Shown here: in pieces, positions 10,026 through 19,520 of the stretch | How the letters are laid out: every line of letters begins with the position of its first letter | How positions within the stretch are numbered: the stretch's first letter is position 1 | NCBI GenBank assembly: GCA_051747805.1 | Contig: JBNJGP010000003.1 | Location: 1 to 62,778 of the forward strand | Origin: Candidatus Muiribacteriota bacterium | Lineage (GTDB): Bacteria; Muiribacteriota; Muiribacteriia; Muiribacteriales; Muiribacteriaceae | Direction: 5' to 3' | Length of the DNA stretch: 62,778 nt | Position numbers and translations under genes: made by a program | The notes under the pieces: model-generated | Told to the model about the DNA's origin: nothing | Seen by the model: only the letters and a program-made list of their open reading frames with translations | Database searches by the model: none

Positions 10026-10054
10026 ATTATATTTTATTTATTCAACTTTTGCAA
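10026..10054 (-). promoter_or_regulatory. Sigma70-type promoter for the OB-fold/TctA/YdjM/tilS/ftsH/fol operon
   Basis: Minus strand TTGCAA (10054-10049), 17-nt spacer, TATAAT (10031-10026); AAGGAAGG RBS before the ATG at 9990. Confidence 0.7.
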
Positions 10055-10058
10055 CGTA

Positions 10059-10304
10059 TTAATCTCTTTCTGGGTATTTATTATAAAAAACCTTTTCTAA
10101 ATCTATTCCACGTACATTTGCTGCTGATATTAAAAACGCTAAAACATCGGCAAATTCTTCTTCTTCGTTTTTTCTATCGCCTTTTCTAACAGCTTTTAAA
10201 AGCTCACCAACTTCTTCAGAAAGCCAGCACAATGTTTCAGAAATAGGTCTTTCTAAATCGCTTTCTCCAAATAATTCTTTTATATGATTTTGATATTTTT
10301 TCAT
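10059..10304 (-). CDS. MazG-like nucleotide pyrophosphohydrolase domain protein
   Basis: WLSEEVGELLKA...EEEFADVLAFL, the EExxE...EExD all-alpha NTP-PPase motif. Confidence 0.85.
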   Translation of the reverse strand: MKKYQNHIKELFGESDLERPISETLCWLSEEVGELLKAVRKGDRKNEEEEFADVLAFLISAANVRGIDLEKVFYNKYPERD

Positions 10305-10345
10305 ATTTTTCTAAACTCTTTTAAATTAATGCCGATAATAAAGCT

Positions 10346-10417
10346 GGTACAACTAATTCTATATTAGTTGTTTTACCCTCTCTTTCGGTGTATCGTTTTA
10401 CGGTACACCTTTTTTTT
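10346..10417. other. Two adjacent hairpins between fabH and the mazG-like gene
   Basis: CAACTAAT/ATTAGTTG (10350-10370) and GGTGTATCG/CGGTACACC (10387-10409); the second is followed by a T-run on the plus strand. Confidence 0.5.
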
Positions 10418-11396
10418 ACCATTTAATTAAAAGGCTTGCCCAGGTAAGTCCGCCACCAAAACCGGCAAGAATAATATAATCATCCTTTTGTATTTTACCG
10501 TCTTTTAGAGCTTCATGAAGTGCTATTGGTATAGTGCCAGCAACTGTATTACCATATCTATCCAGGTTTATATATAGTTTATCAAAAGAAATACCGGCTT
10601 TTTTAGCTCCGGATTCCAATATTCTAACATTTGCCTGATGAGGTATAACAATTTTTAATTTCTCTGGGCTTATTTGATTTCTCTGCAACAGTTTTTTTAT
10701 CATACGGGGAAAAACTCTCTGGGAAAACTTAAAAACTTCTTTCCCGTTCATTTTAAAATAATGATCTCTATTTTCAACTGTTTCTTTAGACGCAGGTTTT
10801 TTAGATCCTCCTCCCGGCATTATAATTAATTCTGCTCCTTTTCCATCAGCACCAGCGGTCCAGTCAATAATTCCAGAACCTTCCTCGCAGCTTTCAATAA
10901 CGGCTGCCCCGGCACCGTCTCCAAAAAGCACGCATGTGCCTCTGTCTTCGAAATCCAGAATTCTAGAACAGGTATCAACTCCAACAACAAGTATTTTTTT
11001 ATATGTAGAGTTTTTTATAAACTGAGTTGCCGTAATCAATGAGTAAACAAAACCCGAACAGGCCGCCTGTACATCATAGGCCCACGCATTCTCAGCACCA
11101 AGCTTACCCTGTAATATGCAAGATGTAGAGGGGAACGGATAATCAGGAGTATAAGTCCCGACAATTATCATACCAAGTTCTTCTGGCTGTGTATTTGAGT
11201 TTCGCAGAGCCTCAAGAGCAGCCTTATATGCTAAATCAGAGGAGGCAACGTCTTCTGAGGCAAATCTTCTCTCTTTTATGCCACTTCTTGAAACAATCCA
11301 TTCATCTGTCGTATCAACAATTTTTTCCATATCTTTATTTGTTACTCTTTTTTCCGGTAAAAAACTTCCTAAACCAGATATTTTAACTCCTGTCAT
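10416..11396 (-). CDS. fabH: 3-oxoacyl-ACP synthase III
   Basis: TTDEWIVSRSGI, AACSGF (catalytic Cys), PHQAN, GNT, GFGGG. Confidence 0.96.
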   Translation of the reverse strand: MTGVKISGLGSFLPEKRVTNKDMEKIVDTTDEWIVSRSGIKERRFASEDVASSDLAYKAALEALRNSNTQPEELGMIIVGTYTPDYPFPSTSCILQGKLGAENAWAYDVQAACSGFVYSLITATQFIKNSTYKKILVVGVDTCSRILDFEDRGTCVLFGDGAGAAVIESCEEGSGIIDWTAGADGKGAELIIMPGGGSKKPASKETVENRDHYFKMNGKEVFKFSQRVFPRMIKKLLQRNQISPEKLKIVIPHQANVRILESGAKKAGISFDKLYINLDRYGNTVAGTIPIALHEALKDGKIQKDDYIILAGFGGGLTWASLLIKW

Positions 11397-11408
11397 AATT
11401 CCACTCCA

Positions 11409-12458
11409 TTATTTAAATAATTTTTCAAGTTCTTCAAACTGAACTTTTTCTGCAATTAATAATCCCATTTTTTTCATTCTATCATAATCTTTTATATTTA
11501 CCATCGAATAGGCTGAATGTATGTATCTACAGGGCGCCGCCAGCACCGCACAAGGAAGACCGTTTTTAGCCAGATGGAGTTTCCCCCCATCTGTTCCTCC
11601 GGCATTTCTAGGCTGTTTATACTGAGTTTTTATTTTATTTTTATCGCTAAGATTTTTAACAAATTTAGCCAGTTTTTTATCAGCAGCCATAGAACGGTCA
11701 AAAAGTGTTAAAGCTGGTCCTTCTCCGGTTAAAGTTGACCAGTTGTCAGATTTATTCCCAGGAGTATCCAGTGAATATGTTCCTTCGAAAATAAAAGCAT
11801 ATTCGCCTTCCGCTGTTTTGGATACAACTTCTGCCCCTCTTAAACCAAGTTCTTCCTGACATGTAAAACATAAAATAATATCAAAATCAGGTTTTTTTGA
11901 AATTTTTGAGGCAAGATTACATAAAACTGCAACCCCGAGTCTATCATCAAAAGCTTTTGCTTTATAAAAATTGCCAACTTTTTCAAATTCGGTGTCAAAA
12001 GTACCATAAGTTCCCAGCTCTATTCCTTTTTTCTCAAGTTCTTTCTTGCTCAATCCAGTATCTATAAAAAGCGAGGATATTTCCACCCCTTTTTCTTTAC
12101 CTCCCGCATGAGGCGGGTTAATTCCAATTATACCTTTAACAATCTCATTATTTTCACCCAGCATAACTACCCGGGAATTAGGCAGTACTTTAGGGTCAAT
12201 TCCGCCAACCGTAATAAACCTGATAAAACCTTTATCATCAATGTTTGAAGCCATGAAGCCAACCTCATCCATATGAGCTGCAAATATTACTTTTTTATTC
12301 TTTTTTCCATTGATTTTTGCGTAGAGATTTCCAATTTTATCTTTTTTAATTTCGGATACAGACGAACATTTTTTTAAAAATTTTTCAACCCATTTTTTCA
12401 CAGGCGCCTCGTTTCCAGCCGGTCCGTATAAATTGGTAAGTTCCTCTAAAATTTTCAT
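11409..12458 (-). CDS. M42 family metallo-aminopeptidase
   Basis: AAHMDEVG, KAFDDRLG, QEELGLRGA, GGTDGG, RYIHS. Confidence 0.92.
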   Translation of the reverse strand: MKILEELTNLYGPAGNEAPVKKWVEKFLKKCSSVSEIKKDKIGNLYAKINGKKNKKVIFAAHMDEVGFMASNIDDKGFIRFITVGGIDPKVLPNSRVVMLGENNEIVKGIIGINPPHAGGKEKGVEISSLFIDTGLSKKELEKKGIELGTYGTFDTEFEKVGNFYKAKAFDDRLGVAVLCNLASKISKKPDFDIILCFTCQEELGLRGAEVVSKTAEGEYAFIFEGTYSLDTPGNKSDNWSTLTGEGPALTLFDRSMAADKKLAKFVKNLSDKNKIKTQYKQPRNAGGTDGGKLHLAKNGLPCAVLAAPCRYIHSAYSMVNIKDYDRMKKMGLLIAEKVQFEELEKLFK

Positions 12459-12542
12459 TTATCTCCCCCTTGTTCTTGTATAATATTACACTTAATCAAA
12501 TTATATTATTAATTTACCGATTATAATTTTAAAGGTGAATTT

Positions 12543-13367
12543 ATGAATAATATAATACTTTTATCTAAAAAAAACAAAAAAAATATTTACCGGTTTCTTA
12601 ATAATTTTCCGGTTTCATCACTTTATATTTATAAAAATCTAATCAAAAACGAGATTAAAAACCAAGGTAATCCAGAGGATGCAGATTATTACGGGTATTT
12701 TGAAAAAAATCAATTAAAAGCTATAGCAGCTTTTTTTAATGCCGGAATTTGCCTAATATCATCTAAAGTTAAGAGAAATTCTTTATTTCAGAATATTATT
12801 TTTCAAAAAAAACCGCTGTTTATTCTTTCATTTAAAAATTCACTCCCGGACGATATGAAAAAAAATATAATTAAAAATGAAGTTTTCATGATTAGAAGAA
12901 CTAATAAACAAACACATATTTCAAAACCTTACACTTCAATTGCTACAATGAAACATTTGGATTGTCTTATTGAGCTTAAAAAAAAATTTGAAATAGATTA
13001 TTGGAATTATATTCCTACACAAACTCATTTGGAAGAATACAGGAAAAATTTAAAAGAAAAAATTTCAAAAAATCATGTTATTATATCAAAAAAATTTAAT
13101 ATTATAAATGGATTTGGTGTAATTGAAACAGATTCACCAAAAATAAATCTGCTTGGAAGTATTTTCGTTGATAAAAAATATAGAAAAAATGGCATAGGAA
13201 AAGAAATAACCCGCCATTTAATTAATCTTACTGTAAAAGAAAACAAAATATGTGCTTTATCTGTAATTTCTGAAAATAAAACAGCCTTAAAAATTTATAA
13301 AAAGGAAAACTTCTGTCCAGTTTCTAATTTGTCTTTAGTAGAACTTCCAGAAGAAGCGACCACGTGA
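12543..13367 (+). CDS. GNAT family N-acetyltransferase (tandem GNAT-like fold)
   Basis: C-terminal IFVDKKYRKNGIG acetyl-CoA motif and NKTALKIYKKENF. Confidence 0.8.
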   Translation: MNNIILLSKKNKKNIYRFLNNFPVSSLYIYKNLIKNEIKNQGNPEDADYYGYFEKNQLKAIAAFFNAGICLISSKVKRNSLFQNIIFQKKPLFILSFKNSLPDDMKKNIIKNEVFMIRRTNKQTHISKPYTSIATMKHLDCLIELKKKFEIDYWNYIPTQTHLEEYRKNLKEKISKNHVIISKKFNIINGFGVIETDSPKINLLGSIFVDKKYRKNGIGKEITRHLINLTVKENKICALSVISENKTALKIYKKENFCPVSNLSLVELPEEATT

Positions 13368-14365
13368 CATGCCACAAAATGATTATCTTTATATTCAAGC
13401 ACCTCTGGCATTTTTTTGAGACATATTTCCTGCTTATAAGGACATCTAGTATTAAAAGGACATCCCGGTGGTTTTTTTAATGGGCTTGGGACATCTCCTT
13501 TCAGCTTTATTATTTTCTTTTTTTCTTTTCTTGGGTTTGAATTTAAAACAGCAGACAACAAGGCTTTTGTATAGGGATGCAGTGGATTTGCAAAAAGCTC
13601 TTCAGTTTTAGCACTCTCAACAATACAACCCAAATACATAACCGCAACCCTGTCAGAGATATGTTTAACAACGCTTAAATCATGTGCAATAAATAAATAT
13701 GTAAGTTTATACTCATTCTGTAAATCCCGGAGCAAATTTAGAACCTGGGCCTGAACAGAAACATCAAGGGCGGAAACAGGTTCATCAGCTATGATAATTG
13801 AAGGTTTAAGCGCAAGCGCACGGGCTATTCCAATCCTCTGTCTCTGACCTCCAGAAAACTCATGAGGATATCTGTCCACAGCAGACCTTTCAAGTCCTAC
13901 TTTTTCTAAAAGCTCCTGAACTAAATTACTTCGAACAATTTTGTTTTTTCCAATATTATTTATAGAAAGGGGTTCCTCAACAATTTTACCAATTTTCATT
14001 TTTGGATTTAAAGAAGCATATGGATCCTGAAAAATCATCTGAGCTTTTTTTCTTATGAACTTCTTTGTTTGAGAGGTATTTGCGCTTATATCAATTACCT
14101 TTTCGTTATCATAATCAATAAAATTAATAGTACCGGAGGTAGGTTTTAATAAATTTATCAAGGTGCGCCCTGTTGTAGATTTTCCGCATCCTGACTCACC
14201 AACAATAGCAAATGTTTCGCCTTTTCGAAGTGAAAAAGAAATATTATCAACAGCTTTTATCTCACTTGTTTTTTTAAAAAAAAGACCATGATAAACTGGA
14301 AAAAACTTTTTTAATTTTTTTACATGAAGTAATATATTTTTTTTTTTATAATCATTAAAGCACAT
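13295..14365 (-). CDS. Oligopeptide/dipeptide ABC transporter ATP-binding protein (OppF/AppF type)
   Basis: GESGCGKST, YPHEFSGGQRQR, ADEPVSALD, HPYT, C-terminal oligo_HPY domain (GCPFNTRC). Confidence 0.93.
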   Translation of the reverse strand: MCFNDYKKKNILLHVKKLKKFFPVYHGLFFKKTSEIKAVDNISFSLRKGETFAIVGESGCGKSTTGRTLINLLKPTSGTINFIDYDNEKVIDISANTSQTKKFIRKKAQMIFQDPYASLNPKMKIGKIVEEPLSINNIGKNKIVRSNLVQELLEKVGLERSAVDRYPHEFSGGQRQRIGIARALALKPSIIIADEPVSALDVSVQAQVLNLLRDLQNEYKLTYLFIAHDLSVVKHISDRVAVMYLGCIVESAKTEELFANPLHPYTKALLSAVLNSNPRKEKKKIIKLKGDVPSPLKKPPGCPFNTRCPYKQEICLKKMPEVLEYKDNHFVACHVVASSGSSTKDKLETGQKFSFL

Positions 14366-14437
14366 CTTTTTTCCTCTGTAATTTGAAAGTTACATTAAAT
14401 GTTTGCGATAATCAAGATTTTTTCTATATTAAACCCA

Positions 14438-16093
14438 CTAATTTATAAGGGTGCGATAATTTATAAACCATTCAGAAATATCATTTAATCCTGATTCATG
14501 AGCTTCTACACCATTTATTTTTCGATTAATTGCCTCCAGTACAACATCAATATACAAAAAAGTATAGGGATTTTCTTCGACAATTATACTATGCACCTCA
14601 TGATAACATTCTCTTCTTATATCTCTGTCAAAAGTTTTTCTGGCTTTATCCAACAAATAATCTACTCTTTCATTTGAATAATTTATAAAATTAAGTTCAC
14701 CCTCTGTATGCCAAATATTATAAATATCAGGATCAACTTCTAATTTCCAGCCTACCAGCACAGCATCAAAATCACGCTCATATAAATATTCTTCAATCAA
14801 AACGTTCCACGCAACCTGTTTTATATTTACTTTTATTCCGATATCCTTTAGATTACGCTGTATAAATTTTAATGCCATGTTTCTTACCGGTTGACCCCGG
14901 CTTATAACTACATCAAATTCAAAATTTTTTCCATTTTTTTGAAGCAATCCATCCCCGTTTTTATCTTCCCAACCATTATTCTTTAAAGTTTCTCTGGCTT
15001 TTTCAGGATTATATTCAAAAAACTCAACATCCTGATTATAGGCCCATGAATGTGGCAGAAAAGGCCCATTTGAGATTATTCCATATCCTTCCAGAACTCC
15101 ATTAACCAGTTCTTTTCTGTTAATTGCCCTGGTAAGAGCTTGACGAACTTCTTTATTTTTAAAAAGTGGATTATTGTAATTATAACCGAGATACATATAA
15201 TGATTACCGTTATACTTTACAGGTTTGATTTTTTCAAGCTCATCTGCGCTCTGTAAAAAACTTGTAAACTGAGTCGGGGTTAGTTTCGCCCGGTCAATTC
15301 TTTCAAGCCGGGTATCAAGATAAACTATACTCTGATCAGGAACAATTGTATAAATAATCTGTTGAATAAAAGCCTCTTTTGAATGATATTCCTTATTGAC
15401 CTCAAGAATTATTCTTTCATCAGGAATATAAGTATTTAATTTATATTTACCTGTTCCAACAGGTTTCATATTTTCAGACGCTTTTAAAAAAAACTCAGAA
15501 TTAAGCTCATCTTTCCATATATGTTCTGGAATGATTTTTGCCCTCCATATATCAATGGTCCGTGCAAAGGGTTCTTTATAAGATACTTTGAAAGTAAAAT
15601 CATCAAGAACGTTTAAACTTCTTATATAATCAAAATCTGAATAAAGCTGACTGACCTGACTTTCATGACCGTTCTCTTTAAAAGACATTATAGCCTCATA
15701 AGTGAACTTAACATCTGCACAAGTAAACTTTGCTCCGTCATGCCATTTTACATTTCTTTTTAAATGAAAAATAATATCAAGTCCATTATTTACTATTTCC
15801 CATGATTTAATAAGCACGCCCTCAAGTTCTTGCTCTTTGTTATATTCAACAAGCCCTTCATAAATTCTATCAGAGACTTCTCCAGAGCTCACATCATTAA
15901 TAAGAAGCGGATTTAAAGTAACAATATCTCTTGTTAAAGCCTGAACAAGAAACCCCCCTTTCTGAGGAACTATTTCCGCCTCCCGCCTGCTCTGACCAAC
16001 ATCAGTATCCTCTTCAGATGAATCTTCAAAACATGCGCTTGTTAAAAATAAAAAAAGCACTAAAAAAAGGATTTTTATATTTTTTTTATTCAT
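14438..16093 (-). CDS. Peptide ABC transporter substrate-binding lipoprotein (family 5, AppA-like)
   Basis: Lipobox LTSAC; TLNPLL, IYEGLV, VKWHDG, PVGTGKYKL, VRQAL motifs. Confidence 0.9.
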   Translation of the reverse strand: MNKKNIKILFLVLFLFLTSACFEDSSEEDTDVGQSRREAEIVPQKGGFLVQALTRDIVTLNPLLINDVSSGEVSDRIYEGLVEYNKEQELEGVLIKSWEIVNNGLDIIFHLKRNVKWHDGAKFTCADVKFTYEAIMSFKENGHESQVSQLYSDFDYIRSLNVLDDFTFKVSYKEPFARTIDIWRAKIIPEHIWKDELNSEFFLKASENMKPVGTGKYKLNTYIPDERIILEVNKEYHSKEAFIQQIIYTIVPDQSIVYLDTRLERIDRAKLTPTQFTSFLQSADELEKIKPVKYNGNHYMYLGYNYNNPLFKNKEVRQALTRAINRKELVNGVLEGYGIISNGPFLPHSWAYNQDVEFFEYNPEKARETLKNNGWEDKNGDGLLQKNGKNFEFDVVISRGQPVRNMALKFIQRNLKDIGIKVNIKQVAWNVLIEEYLYERDFDAVLVGWKLEVDPDIYNIWHTEGELNFINYSNERVDYLLDKARKTFDRDIRRECYHEVHSIIVEENPYTFLYIDVVLEAINRKINGVEAHESGLNDISEWFINYRTLIN

Positions 16094-16211
16094 AAATTTT
16101 TATCCTGTAACTTGCGCTGAGAAAAAATCAGCAAAATCAACCTCCAAACCTGTAAGTATAAAAATTGATAAATTATATTATCAGCATTTGATTATAACAT
16201 AAAAAAAAAAA

Positions 16212-16910
16212 TTATGAAAAATGATACCTTAAATAATCTCTGACAAGCTGATATATAGAGTATATTTCATCTTTTAAGTTATCGGCCCTTTCAAAAGAAT
16301 AATCCCATCTTAAAACTTCGTTTAAAATTTTTATTCTTTTTTTATCAATTTCAATCCCATGAATATAACTATCGTTTTCTGTACATTCACTACAATAATA
16401 AACAGAGTTTTTATAATCAAAAAAAAATTTTTTCCCCGTTTGAAGACCGCATTCACAACTTTTCAAATTCGGAAGATGACCAATAAGATAAAGAAATTTT
16501 AAAATAAATGAGCTGATTACAAATTTTTTTAAATCTGAGGGCATTTTTTCAATAAAAGTAAGAAAATTTTTAGTTAAAATAAAAATATTCGAATTAACAT
16601 AATCTTCTGGCAGGGATTTATTCAGAATAAGAAGCAGCTCGCAGGCTGTTTCATAATTTTCATAACTTTCACATTTAAACCCCTTTAAAAGGGAAGCAGA
16701 CCTTATCTGATGGAAATTTTTTCCTCTTATAAGTTTATAACTGGAAACACTCATCAGCATGGATGTTTCACGATTAGAACTTTTCAATCCTTTGGAGTTT
16801 TTTGAAATAATTTTTATTTTACCAAAGTCATCGCTTAATACTACAAGTATACGATGTCTGTCTTTTAAATCATATGAATTAATTGTTATTCCTGTGCAAT
16901 TTAGTTCCAA
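16212..16910 (-). CDS. recO: DNA repair protein RecO
   Basis: N-terminal OB (DRHRILVVLSDDFGKI), C-terminal CECG...CSEC zinc finger; downstream of era. Confidence 0.88.
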   Translation of the reverse strand: MELNCTGITINSYDLKDRHRILVVLSDDFGKIKIISKNSKGLKSSNRETSMLMSVSSYKLIRGKNFHQIRSASLLKGFKCESYENYETACELLLILNKSLPEDYVNSNIFILTKNFLTFIEKMPSDLKKFVISSFILKFLYLIGHLPNLKSCECGLQTGKKFFFDYKNSVYYCSECTENDSYIHGIEIDKKRIKILNEVLRWDYSFERADNLKDEIYSIYQLVRDYLRYHFS

Positions 16911-17779
16911 GTACCAATATCCTGCTTTAATTTTTTTAATAAAACAGAATCATTGTACCATTTTTTCTTTACTTTAACACGAATTTTTAAAAAAATTTTT
17001 TTTGAAAAAAAAGATTCAAGCTTTTCTCTTGATGTTTGTCCTATTTTTTTAAGCATACTGCCCTTTTTACCAATTACAATCCCTTTCTGACTTTCTCTTG
17101 CTGTATATATTACTGAATCAATTTCTATAATTTTTTCTTTCTCTTTCATTTCGGTCACTTCAACAAAAATTTCATGTGGTATTTCTTCACGGAAATTTTC
17201 TAAAACAGCTTCCCGGATATATTCTTTTACAATAAATCTTTCTGACCGGTTTGTAAGATAATCCTTATCATAATAAAAATAGTCAGTCTGCGGAATTTTT
17301 TTTATTATAGTTTGAAGTAATTCTTCGCAGTTTGTTCCATTTAAAGCTGAAATTTCAAAAAATTCCCACCCTTTTTCAAGGGCAAAATTTTTATAAAAGT
17401 TATCAAAATTTTTATTAAGGTCTGTTTTATTAACACAAAAAATAACATTTTCAAATTTTATTTTTTTTAAAGTGTTTAAATATTTATTTAATCTTTCTCT
17501 TGAGTCAACCAGAATTAAAAGAATATCAGAGTCACTTATGCCTTCAGAAATATCCTCCTGCATTTTTTCCTGTAGTTTGTTATCCGGGGATAAGAATCCC
17601 GGTAAATCCTGAAATACTATTTGAACATTATCTTTAAAGTATATTCCAAATATTTTATCTCGTGTGGTCTGAGGTTTTGGTGAAGTAATTGAAAGATGAA
17701 TATCAAGAAACTGATTCATAAGGGTGGATTTTCCAACATTTGGATCTCCGGCTATTGCAACAAAACCTGATTTTTTCAT
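16901..17779 (-). CDS. era: GTPase Era
   Basis: GDPNVGKST, SPKPQTTR, DLPG, NKTD, EIPH, KH domain (SQKGIVIGKKGSMLK). Confidence 0.96.
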   Translation of the reverse strand: MKKSGFVAIAGDPNVGKSTLMNQFLDIHLSITSPKPQTTRDKIFGIYFKDNVQIVFQDLPGFLSPDNKLQEKMQEDISEGISDSDILLILVDSRERLNKYLNTLKKIKFENVIFCVNKTDLNKNFDNFYKNFALEKGWEFFEISALNGTNCEELLQTIIKKIPQTDYFYYDKDYLTNRSERFIVKEYIREAVLENFREEIPHEIFVEVTEMKEKEKIIEIDSVIYTARESQKGIVIGKKGSMLKKIGQTSREKLESFFSKKIFLKIRVKVKKKWYNDSVLLKKLKQDIGTWN

Positions 17780-18816
17780 ATTTTAAAATCTTCTTCAGGA
17801 CATATATTAATCCAGAAATTACTCCCATAAAATTTTATCTCATTTCCCAGATTGTCATAATAGTTAATCTCCTCGTCTTCCTGAAGCCATACACCTTTTG
17901 TAAATTCTTTTCCATTAAAGAAATAGGCAGAACCATAGCCTGAAATCTTCCCCTCTATCTGAACAATTATATTCTCGGCTCTAAACGACTCAAAGTTTTC
18001 ATCATTAATTAAAAAGGCGTTGTCTCTCCACTCAAAATTTCTGTCATTAATTTTAAAACTTTTATATGAGTTGGAATTTATAATCTCTTCTTCCATTTTT
18101 TTAATTTTTAATTTCTCCTCTTCAACAGAGTTAAAATCATCAAATCCGATTTTATTTAAAAAATCACTATAAGAATTATTAAAATTAAGCAAATTTTTTT
18201 CATCTTTATTAAAATATTTCAAAACAAGATAATCATTTTCGCTCTCGTTTTTAACAACAGTATGAATATCATCCACTTCAACTTGACCAGGACTATTTTT
18301 GACAACTGCTTTTATAAGCGATACCGGTAATTCACCTTCAACTTCTTCTTTTGTTTCCAACTCATTATCTATCTGTTTTGCTTCTTCGACTATATCTTCA
18401 TTATTATTATCAGGTTTCATTTCTTTTTTAAAGTTTATACTGACAAGCTCATTTTCAGTTTTATCTCCGCCTAACCTTTTCAGCCTGCTTTCAATATCAC
18501 CTTTTATATTATTATAACGATTGTTGAATTTTTTATAGGAAAAATTTAACATTAGTTTATCAGTTAAGTCTGACGAATAATTTTTTTTAATTTTATGCAT
18601 AAAATCTTCTTTATTATCATCCAGCTTATTTTGAATTTCTTTTAATTCTTCTTCGTTTAATGTATTTTCAACAGCTCTTTTATAGGATTCAAAATCTTTT
18701 GTATACTCTTCTGCAATAATCATAAACTCTGCATTTCTAACAGTATAACCGCTTCCAATTAATCCAAAAACTATAATCATACTTAAAAGTAATATTTTAC
18801 TTTCGCGGGATTTCAT
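17776..18816 (-). CDS. Hypothetical exported or membrane-anchored protein
   Basis: 346-aa ORF coupled to both neighbours by 4-nt overlaps; N-terminal signal/TM, helical charged region, beta-rich C-terminus; no family recognised. Confidence 0.75.
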   Translation of the reverse strand: MKSRESKILLLSMIIVFGLIGSGYTVRNAEFMIIAEEYTKDFESYKRAVENTLNEEELKEIQNKLDDNKEDFMHKIKKNYSSDLTDKLMLNFSYKKFNNRYNNIKGDIESRLKRLGGDKTENELVSINFKKEMKPDNNNEDIVEEAKQIDNELETKEEVEGELPVSLIKAVVKNSPGQVEVDDIHTVVKNESENDYLVLKYFNKDEKNLLNFNNSYSDFLNKIGFDDFNSVEEEKLKIKKMEEEIINSNSYKSFKINDRNFEWRDNAFLINDENFESFRAENIIVQIEGKISGYGSAYFFNGKEFTKGVWLQEDEEINYYDNLGNEIKFYGSNFWINICPEEDFKI

Positions 18817-19520
18817 TCCTCGTCCTCCGTTAAACCATTTACAAGAAAGCCTTTTTCCTCAACTTCAGGAGTTAAAACTCCTCCAGAAATAATTATTTTC
18901 ATAGCTTCTTCTATTGTAATTTCCAGTTCTACTACTTCTGTTTTCGGCACAAACACTAAAAATCCTGAGGTTGGATTAGGGGTGGTCGGTATAAAAACAG
19001 AATACATTTTATGTTCTCCCAACGAAGTAGTTACAATCCTTGGAGCATCAATAGATACAAAACCTATTACCCAGCACTTCCTTCTAGGATATTCAACTAA
19101 AACCACTTTATTGAAAACAGATTTTTTGTTCTGCTGCATAAACTCAAGAAGCTGCCTGACCGCGTTCATAATATTTTTAGCAAGCGGTATTTTAGAAAGC
19201 ACTTTTTCAATAAAATCAAAGAGTTTTTTTCCAATAACATTTTTGGCTATAACACCTGAACCAATAATAACCGTAAGGGTAAAAATAAACCCTAACCCTG
19301 GAATTCTATGTCCTAGAAAATCATGAAATATTACAGCCACAAACCCGGAATCCGCCCAGGTAAACAGAAGATATATAATATAAAGAGTTAAGGCAGAAGG
19401 CAACAACACAAAAAGTCCGGTTAAAAAATAAGTTCTTGAAATTGAAAGAATAAATGATAATATAGCAGAAAACGTTGTTTTCAAAGCAGTTAAAATAACA
19501 ATAATTTTATTTTTCAGCAA
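18813..19520 (-). CDS. DUF502 domain membrane protein
   Basis: FLTGLFVLLP, IPGLG, IPLAKNI, VVLVEYPR, VFIPTTPNPTSGFL, EEAMKIIISGG. Confidence 0.9.
   Translation of the reverse strand: MLKNKIIVILTALKTTFSAILSFILSISRTYFLTGLFVLLPSALTLYIIYLLFTWADSGFVAVIFHDFLGHRIPGLGFIFTLTVIIGSGVIAKNVIGKKLFDFIEKVLSKIPLAKNIMNAVRQLLEFMQQNKKSVFNKVVLVEYPRRKCWVIGFVSIDAPRIVTTSLGEHKMYSVFIPTTPNPTSGFLVFVPKTEVVELEITIEEAMKIIISGGVLTPEVEEKGFLVNGLTEDEE

Noticed and set aside
16092-16134. Possible 14-codon TTG uORF (MLIFSQRKLQDKNL) after a GGAGG upstream of the AppA-like gene
   Set aside because: Too short to distinguish from chance, with no attenuator structure or amino-acid-run signature
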